DNA from: Clostridiales bacterium
Lineage (GTDB): Bacteria > Bacillota > Clostridia > Christensenellales > CAG-138
Assembly: GCA_012838425.1 (NCBI GenBank)
Contig: DUPG01000021.1
Span: 21,413-85,412 of the forward strand
Length of the DNA stretch: 64,000 nucleotides
Reading direction: 5' to 3'
Part shown: positions 36,202 through 46,571 of the stretch, in pieces
Layout of the letters: the number at the start of each line of letters is the position of its first letter
How positions within the stretch are numbered: the first letter of the stretch is position 1
Notes under the pieces: model-generated
Seen by the model: only the letters and a program-made list of their open reading frames with translations
Database searches by the model: none
What the model was told of the DNA's origin: nothing
Translations under genes and position numbers: made by a program

Positions 36202-37599
36202 ATGACGAATAGAACCAGGCTTCATATATCCGATGAAGCGATACAGCACGCAAACGAAACAGCAAAACGCATACGAGAGCAATACGGTGCGGGCAAGAGG
36301 TACATAGTTGAATCATATGGCTGTCAAATGAACGCGCATGATTCGGAACGTCTGCGCGGCATGCTTGAAATAATGGGCTATGCGCCTACAGATAACAAGA
36401 ACGAAGCTGATTTTATAATATTCAACACCTGCTGTGTGCGCGAGCACGCGGAGAAGCGGGTATTCGGCAATGTAGGAGCGTTAAAGAAGCTGAAAGACGA
36501 GAAACCAAGCCTTATTGTAGGCGTATGCGGCTGTATGATGCAGCAAAAAGCGGTGTCAGACAGGCTATATAAGCGATTCCCGTTCGTTGACCTTATTTTC
36601 GGCACAAACGAGCTGCACGAGTTCCCTCAGATGTTTGAAAAGGTGTTGATGGGTGAAAGAATCAAGCGTGTGCAGGATTTAGAGGGCGAGATACCTGAGG
36701 GCTTGCCTGCTTCACGCACAAGCACGCTTTCAACCAATGTTGTTGTTATGTACGGCTGCGATAACTTCTGCTCATACTGCATTGTGCCATATGTGCGCGG
36801 CAGGGAGCGTTCACGCGAGATATCAGACATAATTGACGAAGTGAAGCAATTAGCTAAACAGGGCTACAAGGAAATCACGCTTTTGGGGCAGAATGTGAAC
36901 TCATATAAGTCTGCTGACGGGCACGATTTTGCTGACATACTTTACGCTTTGAACGATTGCGAGGGCATACGACGTATTCGCTTTATGACATCGCATCCTA
37001 AAGACTTATCCGAAAAGCTCATAGACGCTATGACGAATTTAGACCATGTGTGCAACCATATTCACCTGCCTGTGCAGTCGGGAAGCGACAGGATATTAAA
37101 GCTGATGAACCGCAAATATACCTCAGCGCATTATATGCACTTAGTTGATGAGCTGCGAAAAAGGGTTAAGGATATTGAGATTACAACAGATATAATTGTG
37201 GGCTTTCCTACTGAAACAGACGAGGATTTCGAAGCGACACTTGATATAGTTAAACGCGCGGAATTCTCTGCGGCATTTACATTCAAGTATTCTCCGCGCA
37301 CAGGTACTGCCGCCGCGAAAATGGACGGGCAGATTGCCGAAGCCGTAAAGAAGCAAAGGCTTAAAATACTAAACGAATGCTGCGCTGAAGCGACAAAAAA
37401 GAGCAACGAAAAGTATATTGGCACAATTGGCGAAGTGTTTGTTGAGGGTATGGACGCGCGCGACATTCCATTGGGTTACGGAAGGCTCGGCAATTTCAAA
37501 ACTGTTTATTTCCCGACGGACAGGGACTTAACCGGGCAGTTTGTGAATGTGAAAATTACTGGCATTAAGAACAGCTCGCTTTTTGGAGAGCTTATATAG
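36202..37599 (+). CDS. miaB: tRNA-2-methylthio-N6-dimethylallyladenosine synthase (radical SAM methylthiotransferase)
   Basis: 465 aa. UPF0004 N-terminal domain (YGCQMN), radical SAM CDNFCSYC, C-terminal TRAM domain. Confidence 0.9.
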   Translation: MTNRTRLHISDEAIQHANETAKRIREQYGAGKRYIVESYGCQMNAHDSERLRGMLEIMGYAPTDNKNEADFIIFNTCCVREHAEKRVFGNVGALKKLKDEKPSLIVGVCGCMMQQKAVSDRLYKRFPFVDLIFGTNELHEFPQMFEKVLMGERIKRVQDLEGEIPEGLPASRTSTLSTNVVVMYGCDNFCSYCIVPYVRGRERSREISDIIDEVKQLAKQGYKEITLLGQNVNSYKSADGHDFADILYALNDCEGIRRIRFMTSHPKDLSEKLIDAMTNLDHVCNHIHLPVQSGSDRILKLMNRKYTSAHYMHLVDELRKRVKDIEITTDIIVGFPTETDEDFEATLDIVKRAEFSAAFTFKYSPRTGTAAAKMDGQIAEAVKKQRLKILNECCAEATKKSNEKYIGTIGEVFVEGMDARDIPLGYGRLGNFKTVYFPTDRDLTGQFVNVKITGIKNSSLFGELI

Positions 37600-37613
37600 C
37601 ATACGGAGGAAAT

Positions 37614-40232
37614 ATGACACTTACAACAGATAAGCTGTCGCAGGCGCAGTTGCAAAAATTGTCGCCTATGATGAAGCAATACCTGAAGATAAAGGCAGAA
37701 CACCCCGACTGCATAGTTTTCTTTCGACTGGGCGACTTTTATGAGATGTTCTTTGATGACGCGCTTCTTGTTTCTAAAGAGTTGAATCTTACACTCACAG
37801 GCAGGGATTGCGGCTTGGAGGAGCGTGCGCCCATGTGCGGAGTTCCCCACCATGCGCGAGTACAGTATCTCAACGCATTGATAAAGCGCGGCTACCATGT
37901 TGCTATATGCGAGCAGACCACCGATCCAGCGGCTTCCTCGGGCTTGGTTGAAAGGGAGGTTTTACGCATTGTAACTCCCGGCACAGTAATTGACGAAGAG
38001 GTGTTAGATGAGCGCTCAAACAATTTCATAGCCGCTTTGTATTCAAGCAAGGAAGGCATAGGGCTTGCGTATTCCGATATTTCAGTAGGCAGCTTTTATA
38101 TAATGGAGTTTACAGGTGAAAACCTTTTGCAAAGCCTTAGTAATGAGCTGAAGCGCATAAAGCCTTCAGAAATAATAGTTCCCGAAACGCTTGTGGACTC
38201 TGACCGTTTATTTGCGAAGATTAAGGGAGCGTATTACACACACAGCTATTCCGATAAAGAATTCGAATATAAGAACGCTACTAACACATTGCTTACGCAT
38301 TTTCGCGCTTCGACGCTTGGCGCATTAGGGGCTGAGAGCGTGAAGCTGGCAGTTTGCGCAGGCGGCGCATTGATAAGCTACTTCCTGCAGACTCAGATGA
38401 ACGCTTTACAGCATATAAACAAGCTGACAGTGCTTCATAACAGCGACTATATGCACATTGATGACTTTACTATTACGAATTTAGAGCTTATATCCCCGCT
38501 AAACCCCAACGCTTCGAAAAACAACACGCTTTTAGGGACAATAGACAATACGCGTACTCCAATGGGCAGCAGATTATTAAAGCAATGGCTGACACACCCT
38601 CTGCTCGACATAGGCAGGATAAACGCAAGGCTGAATGCTGTTCAGGAGATATTTGAAAATGAGATATTGTCGGACAATCTAAACCAGACTTTGCGCGGAA
38701 TATGCGATATTGAAAGGCTTTGCGCACGGCTGACATACGGCTCGTTCAATCCAAAGAACTGCGTGGCTATTACTTCTGCGTTAGAAAAGATAAATGAGCT
38801 GAAGCAAGCGCTTGCGAATTGCAAAACGGATAATCTTATTAGGATTGCGAATGAATTAGACTTTCTGCCTGAGCTGCTGGTTTTATTGAAAAACGCTATC
38901 GTCGATGACCCACCCACTAACATAAAGGACGGCGGAGCGATAAAAGAGGGCTTTGATTCGCAATTAGACGAGTACAGGCAAGTAGCGCATAATTCAAAGC
39001 GCTTTTTAGCCGAGCTGGAAGCGGCGGAGCGCGAAAGCACGGGCATCAAGACATTGAGAGTCGGCTATAACCGCGTGTTCGGCTATTATTTCGAGGTTTC
39101 GAAGTCGTACATAAAGAATGTGCCTGATAGATTCATACGAAAGCAGACATTAGCGAACAGCGAAAGATACTACACCGTTGAGCTAAAGCAATTAGAAGAA
39201 AAAGCGTTGAACGCAGAGGAATTGAGTATTGAAAGAGAGGTTGAGCTTTTCAACGACATATACGACTATCTCTTGCGCGTGCTTAACAGACTGAAGAACA
39301 ACGCTGAACTGGTAGCGGAGCTTGACTGTTATGTTTCATTCGCGCGTGCGGCAAGAAAGAACAGCTATGTAAAGCCCGAAATGAATACAGACGGGAAATT
39401 AGAGCTTATTGCGTGCAGACATCCTGTGGTTGAGCGCACTATTACAGAAAGCTTCAACCCGAACGATATAAATATGGATATGCAAAATAACCGCGTGCTG
39501 ATAATAACAGGTCCTAATATGGCGGGCAAAAGCACATATATGCGGCAGGCGGCTCTATCCGTGCTTATGGCGCATATAGGCTGCTTTGTGCCTGCAAATA
39601 GGGCTGAAATATGCGTGGTTGACAGGATATTCACAAGAGTAGGCGCAAGTGACAACCTATCCTCCGGACAAAGTACATTCATGGTTGAGATGAGCGAAAT
39701 GGCGTGCATACTGAACACCGCCACAAAGAACAGCCTGCTGATATTAGACGAAATAGGCAGAGGAACGGCAACCTACGACGGTTTGAGCATAGCTTGGGCA
39801 GTATTGGAGCATATCGTAAAGGTAACCGGCGCAAAGACCATGTTTGCGACACACTATCACGAGCTGACTGTGCTTGAAAACGAGTTAGAGGGCGTGAAAA
39901 ACCTATCCGTTTCCGTAAAAGAGCTTGGCGATAACATAGTATTTTTACACAAGATAGTGCAAGGCGGCGCTGACAGGAGCTTCGGAATACAGGTAGGCGC
40001 ATTGGCAGGGCTGCCCGATTCAGTAGTATGGCGCGCAAAGCAGATATTAAAGGGCTTGGAGAAAAAACCTAAGCAAAACGGCTTGACACTTGAGGATTAC
40101 GCGCAAAGCGTTGTGGTTGACGAGGTGTATTCGCAGATAAAGCGCATTGACCCCGATGAGCTTTCTCCAAAGGAAGCGCTGAATCTATTATTCCATCTGC
40201 ACAAAATAGTAAACACAGACAAGGCGAACTGA
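37614..40232 (+). CDS. mutS: DNA mismatch repair protein MutS
   Basis: 872 aa. N-terminus TPMMKQYL-like (SPMMKQYLKIK...GDFYEMF), Walker A GPNMAGKST, and DEIGRGT. Confidence 0.97.
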   Translation: MTLTTDKLSQAQLQKLSPMMKQYLKIKAEHPDCIVFFRLGDFYEMFFDDALLVSKELNLTLTGRDCGLEERAPMCGVPHHARVQYLNALIKRGYHVAICEQTTDPAASSGLVEREVLRIVTPGTVIDEEVLDERSNNFIAALYSSKEGIGLAYSDISVGSFYIMEFTGENLLQSLSNELKRIKPSEIIVPETLVDSDRLFAKIKGAYYTHSYSDKEFEYKNATNTLLTHFRASTLGALGAESVKLAVCAGGALISYFLQTQMNALQHINKLTVLHNSDYMHIDDFTITNLELISPLNPNASKNNTLLGTIDNTRTPMGSRLLKQWLTHPLLDIGRINARLNAVQEIFENEILSDNLNQTLRGICDIERLCARLTYGSFNPKNCVAITSALEKINELKQALANCKTDNLIRIANELDFLPELLVLLKNAIVDDPPTNIKDGGAIKEGFDSQLDEYRQVAHNSKRFLAELEAAERESTGIKTLRVGYNRVFGYYFEVSKSYIKNVPDRFIRKQTLANSERYYTVELKQLEEKALNAEELSIEREVELFNDIYDYLLRVLNRLKNNAELVAELDCYVSFARAARKNSYVKPEMNTDGKLELIACRHPVVERTITESFNPNDINMDMQNNRVLIITGPNMAGKSTYMRQAALSVLMAHIGCFVPANRAEICVVDRIFTRVGASDNLSSGQSTFMVEMSEMACILNTATKNSLLILDEIGRGTATYDGLSIAWAVLEHIVKVTGAKTMFATHYHELTVLENELEGVKNLSVSVKELGDNIVFLHKIVQGGADRSFGIQVGALAGLPDSVVWRAKQILKGLEKKPKQNGLTLEDYAQSVVVDEVYSQIKRIDPDELSPKEALNLLFHLHKIVNTDKAN

Positions 40233-40233
40233 A

Positions 40234-42105
40234 ATGAGCAAAATAATTGTATTAGACAAGCTGATATCGAATAAAATCGCCGCCGGAGAGGTGGTTGAGC
40301 GTCCTGCTTCGGTTATAAAAGAGCTTGTGGAAAACTCAATAGACGCGCAAAGCACAGCGATTGCGATAGAGATAGTTGACGGCGGAATTACATATATGCG
40401 CGTTGCCGACAATGGCGTAGGCATGGACGAGGATGATGCAAAAACCGCATTTCTGCGCCACGCCACAAGCAAGTTAAAAAGCGAGGAGGACTTATACGCA
40501 ATAGCTTCACTTGGTTTTCGCGGCGAAGCATTGGCGTCAATAGCCGCTGTTTCAAAGGTGAGTTTGAAAACGCATACGGATAGTGCCGAATACGGAACCG
40601 CGGTAAGCATATCGGGCGGCATTATGGAAAGCGTGTTGCCCTGCGGTTGCCCTACCGGTACAACTATTGAGGTAAAGGATTTATTCTACAATGTGCCAGC
40701 GCGTTTGAAGTTCTTAAAAGCAGCAAGAACCGAAGCGAGCTATATAATCGATTATGTGGCGCGAATGATACTGGCAAGGCCTGATATTTCATTCAAGCTG
40801 ACGAGCAACGGCAAGGTGATTTACCATTCGCGCGGGGATTCAAACCTAAAAAACGCCATATACAGCGTGCATGGCGCTGAATTTATGCCCCACTTGAAAG
40901 AAGTAAGCTACAATGACGGGGCAATATCCATTACAGGCTATGTAGGCACAGAGCATATAAGCAGGTCAACAAGGCAGCATCAATCCGTATTTGTAAACGG
41001 AAGATATATACGGTCGGCGCTTATCTCTCAAGCGGTTTCGGAAGCGTATGATACGCGCATAATGGCGGGCAGATTTCCTTTCTTTGTGCTGTCTGTAAAA
41101 ATCGATTATTCAGAAGTCGATGTGAATGTGCACCCCAATAAAATGGAGGTGCGTTTCCGCGATGAGCATAGAGTTTCCGCAGCTGTAACTGAAGCTGCAA
41201 AGCACGCGTTAGGTGCGTCACAAGTGCCTTTATATTTCGTAGAACAGCCAAGCACACCTGAAACCAAGTTTATAGCCGACGAAAGCGAAACAGAAGCACC
41301 GCAGGATATTGAAGCAGCCAACATATCTGAAGACACCCAGCAGAAGCTAAAAAGCATTCATGAGTTTATATATGGCAAGGCCGAGCCATCACCCATAATT
41401 CCCGAAAGCAATACGGCAGAAGTGTTTTTGAGCGACTCTGTTGAAAAAGCGGAAGAAAATGATTTGCCGCCCGTGTTTTTTTCCCCAAAGATGCAGGAAA
41501 GCAAGTATGAGCCGGTGCAGTTGAGTTTCGGCATAGAGCCCTTTGATGTGCTGGGCTGTGCGTTCAATTCGTTTTGGTTCTTCACTCAGAACGATACAGT
41601 GTTCATAGTTGACCAGCACGCCGCACATGAGCGTATGCTTTATGAAGGGTTGATGAAAGGCACATTGGCGAGCGATACTCAGCTATTATTGGTGCCATTA
41701 GTTGTAACGCTTACGGCGCATGAGTATAGGCTGTATTCTGAAAACGCCGATATTTTCAAAGAGCTTGGCTTTGTGATTGAGGAGTTCGGCACTATGACTG
41801 TGCGCATAACCGCAGTGCCTAATGTGTTTGACAAAGCGCAGGACGAATCGTTTTTCAGAGACGCTTTAGAGGCTCTTGCGAAAAGCAGTTCACTGACAAT
41901 GAAAAGTGCAAAGCGCGACGCGATAATATCGGCGTCATGCAAGTCGGCTGTGAAATCCGGCTCACCGCTTCCAAAGGAGTTTATCGAAAGCTTGCTGGAA
42001 GAATACAAAACTAACGAGACTCCCCTAACCTGCCCGCACGGGCGTCCGGTTATGGTTGCGATAACCAAGAAATCATTATATAAAATGTTTAAGCGGATAG
42101 TGTAG
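40234..42105 (+). CDS. mutL: DNA mismatch repair endonuclease MutL
   Basis: 623 aa. GHKL ATPase N-terminus (IAAGEVVERPASVIKELVENSIDA). C-terminal DQHAAHERMLYE and CPHGRP motifs. Confidence 0.97.
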   Translation: MSKIIVLDKLISNKIAAGEVVERPASVIKELVENSIDAQSTAIAIEIVDGGITYMRVADNGVGMDEDDAKTAFLRHATSKLKSEEDLYAIASLGFRGEALASIAAVSKVSLKTHTDSAEYGTAVSISGGIMESVLPCGCPTGTTIEVKDLFYNVPARLKFLKAARTEASYIIDYVARMILARPDISFKLTSNGKVIYHSRGDSNLKNAIYSVHGAEFMPHLKEVSYNDGAISITGYVGTEHISRSTRQHQSVFVNGRYIRSALISQAVSEAYDTRIMAGRFPFFVLSVKIDYSEVDVNVHPNKMEVRFRDEHRVSAAVTEAAKHALGASQVPLYFVEQPSTPETKFIADESETEAPQDIEAANISEDTQQKLKSIHEFIYGKAEPSPIIPESNTAEVFLSDSVEKAEENDLPPVFFSPKMQESKYEPVQLSFGIEPFDVLGCAFNSFWFFTQNDTVFIVDQHAAHERMLYEGLMKGTLASDTQLLLVPLVVTLTAHEYRLYSENADIFKELGFVIEEFGTMTVRITAVPNVFDKAQDESFFRDALEALAKSSSLTMKSAKRDAIISASCKSAVKSGSPLPKEFIESLLEEYKTNETPLTCPHGRPVMVAITKKSLYKMFKRIV

Positions 42106-42107
42106 AT

Positions 42108-43055
42108 ATGAAGCGGATTATTTGCTTAGTCGGAGCGACTGCAACAGGAAAAACAGGTGTTGGAATAGAGCTTGCGAAGCTCATAAATGCCGAGGTCGTT
42201 TCCGCAGACTCGATACAGGTTTATAAGGGGCTTGACATTGGTTCAGCTAAGCCAACGCCTGATGAAATGCAGTCCATACCGCACTATTTGCTTGATGTTA
42301 CGGAGATTGACAACGCGGATTTCAGCGTTTCGGAATATAGAAGGCTTGCAAAGCAGGCTATTGACTATATTTTAGTGCGTGGAAAAGTGCCGCTTGTTGT
42401 CGGCGGAACAGGGCTGTATATAAATGCGCTGACATATCCTCTTAGCTTTGCGCAAGTGAAGGCGGATAACGAGCTACGCACGGAGCTATTAGAAAAAGAA
42501 AAGGCAGAGCCGTATATACTGCACAGGATTTTGGAGGAGGTTGACCCCGTATCTGCACAACGCCTTCACAAAAACGATACTAAGCGCATAGTACGGGCTT
42601 TAGAAGTGTATTACTTGACGGGCAAGCCGCTTTCTGAGCATGGTAACAGCTTTCAAAACCCAGATGGAGAGCTTGAGTATTCGCCAATATTGTTTGGACT
42701 GACTATGCCGAGAGAGCTGCTGTATGAGCGAATAAACATTCGCGTTGACAAAATGATTGAAAGCGGTTTAATAGAAGAAGTTAATGGCATAATGCGCCGC
42801 GGCTATGACCCGAGCTTGCCCGCGCTGCAAGGCATAGGCTACAAGCAGCTGATTGCGTACTTATCGGGCAACAGCACTGAAACATTAGAGGAAACCATAG
42901 AGCTTATTAAGCGTGAAACGCGCAGGTTCGCTAAAAGGCAGATTACATGGTTCAAGCGCGATAAGAGAATACATTGGATAGACATAACGCAATTTGCAAC
43001 GCAAAAGGATATCGCCGAGCATATTGCACAATCGATATATAAGGAGGAAGCATGA
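42108..43055 (+). CDS. miaA: tRNA dimethylallyltransferase
   Basis: 315 aa. P-loop GATATGKTG, SADSIQVYKGLDIGSAKP. Confidence 0.95.
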   Translation: MKRIICLVGATATGKTGVGIELAKLINAEVVSADSIQVYKGLDIGSAKPTPDEMQSIPHYLLDVTEIDNADFSVSEYRRLAKQAIDYILVRGKVPLVVGGTGLYINALTYPLSFAQVKADNELRTELLEKEKAEPYILHRILEEVDPVSAQRLHKNDTKRIVRALEVYYLTGKPLSEHGNSFQNPDGELEYSPILFGLTMPRELLYERINIRVDKMIESGLIEEVNGIMRRGYDPSLPALQGIGYKQLIAYLSGNSTETLEETIELIKRETRRFAKRQITWFKRDKRIHWIDITQFATQKDIAEHIAQSIYKEEA

Positions 43056-43276
43056 AAAGTTTACAGGACAGGTTTTTGAATACGCTGCGAAAAAGCAAGA
43101 TACCCTGCACAATAATAATCGTTAACGGGTATCAGCTTAAAAACGCGATAGTGCATGAATTCGATAACTTTGTTATAGTTGTAATGGTTGAGGGCACGCA
43201 AAAAATGCTTTACAAGCATTCGATTTCATCTATTACGCCTGTTGAGCCCATAAGCTATAAAGATGAGGACGAGTGA
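43052..43276 (+). CDS. hfq: RNA chaperone Hfq
   Basis: 74 aa. Sm1/Sm2-like LQDRFLNTLRKSKIPCTIIIVNGYQLKNAIVHEFDNFVIVV...LYKHSISSI. The start overlaps the miaA stop. AAGGAGG RBS. Confidence 0.9.
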   Translation: MKSLQDRFLNTLRKSKIPCTIIIVNGYQLKNAIVHEFDNFVIVVMVEGTQKMLYKHSISSITPVEPISYKDEDE

Positions 43277-44496
43277 TGAGGGCTGAAGCAATAATAGCCT
43301 GCGCTGAAAAAGAAGCAGCGGATATTTTTCAAAAAATCGACGAAACAGAATTTGAGAATCAGAAGCGCGTAGTTGCAGCTTTTTCGAATAATCGCGTATC
43401 GACAAGGCATTTTGCGCCGACATACGGCTATGGCTACAGCGATATAGGCAGAGATACATTCGAGAGCGTATTTGCTGAAGCTATGTTTTGCGAAGCCGCT
43501 ATCGCAAGGCTGCATATATTGTCGGGCACTCATGCTATATACATGGCGTTAGACGGTTTGTTAAACTCGAACGACACAATAGTATTTGCTACGGGAGTTC
43601 CGTATGACACATTAAAAACCGCAATAGAACATGAGAGGTCATTCAAAAGCAGGGGTGTTAACTGTGTAACCGTTGATTTGTTAGAAAACGGCAATATTGA
43701 TGTTGAATGCGTACTGCATGCTGTAAAAAGCACAAATGCGAGGATTGTTTATGTGCAGCGTTCGCGCGGGTACTCTTGGAGAAACTCAATACTTCCAGGC
43801 GAAATGGAGGGGCTGTTCTCTGCTGTTCGGAATATAAGCCAAGATATTATCACTTTTGTTGACAACTGCTATGGCGAATTCGTGTGCGATGTGGAGCCGA
43901 CTTGCTTTGGCGCAGATATAATTGCGGGCTCTATGATAAAGAATCCCGGCGGCGGATTTGCGCCAACCGGGGGCTACATAGCAGGCAAGGAAAAGCTTAT
44001 TGAGCAATTAGAGCACCGACTCACCGCACCTGCAATAGGCAGAGAGATTGGCTCGTACGCCGGAAGCTACTTGCCTTTGTATCAAGGGCTTTTCATGGCT
44101 CCGCACGCTACTGCGCAGGCTCTCAAAACTGCTGTGCTGTTTTCAAAGGCATTTGAATTGATGAACCTTGAAACAAGCCCGAAGTCTGATTCAATTCGCT
44201 CGGACATTGTTCAGGCGGTGAAATTCAAAGACGAGAAAAGCTTAGTAAGGTTCTGTCAGGTGGTGCAGTCGGTATCGCCCATAGACGCGTTTGCGATTCC
44301 CGAACCCTCGGATATGCCGGGATATGAGCACAAGGTTATTATGGCTGCCGGCACTTTCGTGCAGGGTGCTACTATTGAGCTTTCAGCCGACGGACCTATT
44401 CGCCCGCCATATACCGCGTATATTCAAGGCGCGTTGACATATTCTCATGGGAAATACGCTGCGTTGAAATGCGTAGAATCACTGTTGGAGGGGTAA
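43273..44496 (+). CDS. YnbB/aluminium-resistance family PLP-dependent protein (Met_gamma_lyase-like)
   Basis: 407 aa. Conserved position downstream of hfq. Fold-type I PLP-like central region (IAGSMIKNPGGG). The start overlaps the hfq stop. Confidence 0.75.
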   Translation: MMRAEAIIACAEKEAADIFQKIDETEFENQKRVVAAFSNNRVSTRHFAPTYGYGYSDIGRDTFESVFAEAMFCEAAIARLHILSGTHAIYMALDGLLNSNDTIVFATGVPYDTLKTAIEHERSFKSRGVNCVTVDLLENGNIDVECVLHAVKSTNARIVYVQRSRGYSWRNSILPGEMEGLFSAVRNISQDIITFVDNCYGEFVCDVEPTCFGADIIAGSMIKNPGGGFAPTGGYIAGKEKLIEQLEHRLTAPAIGREIGSYAGSYLPLYQGLFMAPHATAQALKTAVLFSKAFELMNLETSPKSDSIRSDIVQAVKFKDEKSLVRFCQVVQSVSPIDAFAIPEPSDMPGYEHKVIMAAGTFVQGATIELSADGPIRPPYTAYIQGALTYSHGKYAALKCVESLLEG

Positions 44497-45975
44497 ATGA
44501 TACGGGTTTTGATTTCAAAAGGCGCAAAACTGCTTGATTCGCATATGATTTATGATGCAGAAATACCTTCAATGGTGCTTATGGAGAACGCTGCTGCGGC
44601 GGTGTGTTCACAATTAAGCAATATTGAGGGCAGAATAGTTGTTCTGTGCGGTCAGGGGAACAATGGCGGCGACGGTTTGGCTGTTGCGCGAAAGCTGTTC
44701 GTTGACGGCAAAGATGTGGCGGCTGTTCTATTTGGCGCTACTAACACAAATGACGCAAGGCTGAATCTGAGCATAGCCAAGAAGTTAGGCGTGCCGATTG
44801 AATTCATAAATACTGCCGATGAGCTGCAAAGAATATTTGATCAAAAGCCAGCTGCGATAGTTGACGCGCTTTTCGGGATAGGTTTGAGTAGGGATATAGG
44901 CGGAATATACGCTGAAGCTATTGAGTCAGCAAACAACTGTACCGCTATCAAAATAGCTGTGGATATACCTTCGGGGATAAACGCGGATACGGGGGCTGTT
45001 ATGGGTGCGGCCTTCAAAGCTGATATTACTATTACTTTTCAAACAGCAAAGCGCGGGCATTTGCTTTTCCCGGGGAGAGAATATGCAGGCGAGTTAGTCA
45101 TTTCGAAAATCGGTGAGGCTGTGAAGGGATATAGTTACGAATCCGACGAGTATTTGTTGGAAGAAGCGGACTTAACAAAACTGCTTCCCGAACGAAAAGC
45201 AAACTCACACAAGGGCAATTACGGCAAAGCGCTTTTGATTGCTGGCAGCAACGAATATGTAGGCGCGTGCGTTATGGCGGCAAAAGCCTGTTTGCGCGCC
45301 GGTGCCGGGCTGTTGAAGGTTGTAACTCCAAAAAAAGTCGCACAGGTGCTGTATAACAGCTTGCCGGAAGCTATTGTTTTTAGCGAGTTTGACGAATGGG
45401 ACGGCGCATTATCACATTCAAAAGAACTTGAAAAGCTGCTCGATTGGGCAGACTGCATAGCGATAGGCAGCGGCATGGGCGAGAATGAGGAGATACCTTC
45501 AATTATCAAAATGGCGCTTCAAACTAATAAACCCATTATCATTGACGCTGACGGATTGAATGCGCTTGCAAAAAGCAAATTAACTCTGCATAAAAATACA
45601 ATGCTTACACCCCACATTGGCGAGTTCAGCCGATTGACTAACAGACAAAAGGAAGATATATCAGCCGCTCCTGTAAATATGGCGCAAGATTTCGCGAAAG
45701 TGAAAGGCGTTGTGTTGTTGTTGAAGGGCGCAACCACGATAATAAGCGCGTATGGTGAAAGAACCTATTATGACATTTCGGGCAACGCGGGGCTGGCTAC
45801 GGGAGGAAGCGGCGATGTGCTGACAGGCTTAATATTAGGCATGCTGGCACAGGGATTGCCCATAGAAAACGCGGCGTGCTGCGGCACTCTGCTGCTTGGC
45901 ATTGGGGCTGACAGAGCCGCTAAGCATATTTCTTTGCGCGGAATACTGCCTACTGATGTGATCGAAGCTATATAG
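44497..45975 (+). CDS. nnr: bifunctional NAD(P)H-hydrate repair enzyme (epimerase + ADP-dependent dehydratase)
   Basis: 492 aa. YjeF_N (CGQGNNGGDG) fused to a carbohydrate-kinase-like YjeF_C (HKGNYGK..., GGSGDVLTG). Confidence 0.9.
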   Translation: MIRVLISKGAKLLDSHMIYDAEIPSMVLMENAAAAVCSQLSNIEGRIVVLCGQGNNGGDGLAVARKLFVDGKDVAAVLFGATNTNDARLNLSIAKKLGVPIEFINTADELQRIFDQKPAAIVDALFGIGLSRDIGGIYAEAIESANNCTAIKIAVDIPSGINADTGAVMGAAFKADITITFQTAKRGHLLFPGREYAGELVISKIGEAVKGYSYESDEYLLEEADLTKLLPERKANSHKGNYGKALLIAGSNEYVGACVMAAKACLRAGAGLLKVVTPKKVAQVLYNSLPEAIVFSEFDEWDGALSHSKELEKLLDWADCIAIGSGMGENEEIPSIIKMALQTNKPIIIDADGLNALAKSKLTLHKNTMLTPHIGEFSRLTNRQKEDISAAPVNMAQDFAKVKGVVLLLKGATTIISAYGERTYYDISGNAGLATGGSGDVLTGLILGMLAQGLPIENAACCGTLLLGIGADRAAKHISLRGILPTDVIEAI

Positions 45976-46031
45976 TCACTTTTCCTTATTCAAAATAAAC
46001 GCCTTTATGTGAGAAAATTACATAAAAAGTA

Positions 46032-46060
46032 TTGACAAAGCATATAATACTGACTAAAAT
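46032..46060 (+). promoter_or_regulatory. sigma-A-type promoter of hsp20
   Basis: TTGACA (46032-46037), 17-nt spacer, TAAAAT (46055-46060), immediately upstream of CIRCE. Confidence 0.6.
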
Positions 46061-46064
46061 ATAA

Positions 46065-46091
46065 TTAGCACTCAACGATGTAGAGTGCTAA
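46065..46091 (+). promoter_or_regulatory. CIRCE operator (HrcA binding site)
   Basis: Perfect match to the consensus TTAGCACTC-N9-GAGTGCTAA: TTAGCACTC (46065-46073), AACGATGTA, GAGTGCTAA (46083-46091). Located between the -10 and the RBS of hsp20. Confidence 0.85.
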
Positions 46092-46117
46092 CAAAAATAT
46101 ATAAAGGAGTTGATATT

Positions 46118-46537
46118 ATGGCATTAGTACCGTTCAGGCCACGCAGTGCTTTGAGCACATTTGACGATTTCAATAACTTCTTTGACAGCTTCTTCACAGA
46201 CTTTTGGTCTGGTAGAAGGAACTACATCAAGCTTGATGTTTCCGAAGATGAGAAGGGCTACACAATCGAAGCCGAGGTGCCCGGAATCAACAAGGATGAA
46301 ATAAATATCACCCTTGAGGAAGGGTTGCTCAGGATTTCGATTGAGAAGGAGGAGAATGTTGAAAACACTGCGAAGAACTACATTCACAAGGAAAGACGCT
46401 ACACATCGGCAAGCAGAAGCCTTATGCTTCCCAATGCTGCTGCAGACGGTGTAAAGGCAAGGTTGGACAACGGAATATTGACAATCAATGTTCCTAAGGT
46501 AACTCCCGGTCCTGTCAATCGCATTGAGATTGAATAA
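46118..46537 (+). CDS. Hsp20/alpha-crystallin family small heat-shock protein
   Basis: AAGGAG RBS lies 8 nt before the ATG at 46118 (MALVPFRP...). The ORF-track GTG at 46085 lies inside CIRCE. Alpha-crystallin domain (DVSEDEKGYTIEAEVPGINKDEINI...ILTINVPK). Confidence 0.9.
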   Translation: MALVPFRPRSALSTFDDFNNFFDSFFTDFWSGRRNYIKLDVSEDEKGYTIEAEVPGINKDEINITLEEGLLRISIEKEENVENTAKNYIHKERRYTSASRSLMLPNAAADGVKARLDNGILTINVPKVTPGPVNRIEIE

Positions 46538-46541
46538 GGCG

Positions 46542-46567
46542 AACGGCGGAAACCCCGCCGTTTTTTT
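46542..46567 (+). terminator. rho-independent terminator after hsp20
   Basis: AACGGCGG / CCGCCGTT stem with a 5-nt loop, followed by a T7 run. Confidence 0.75.
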
Positions 46568-46571
46568 GCGC

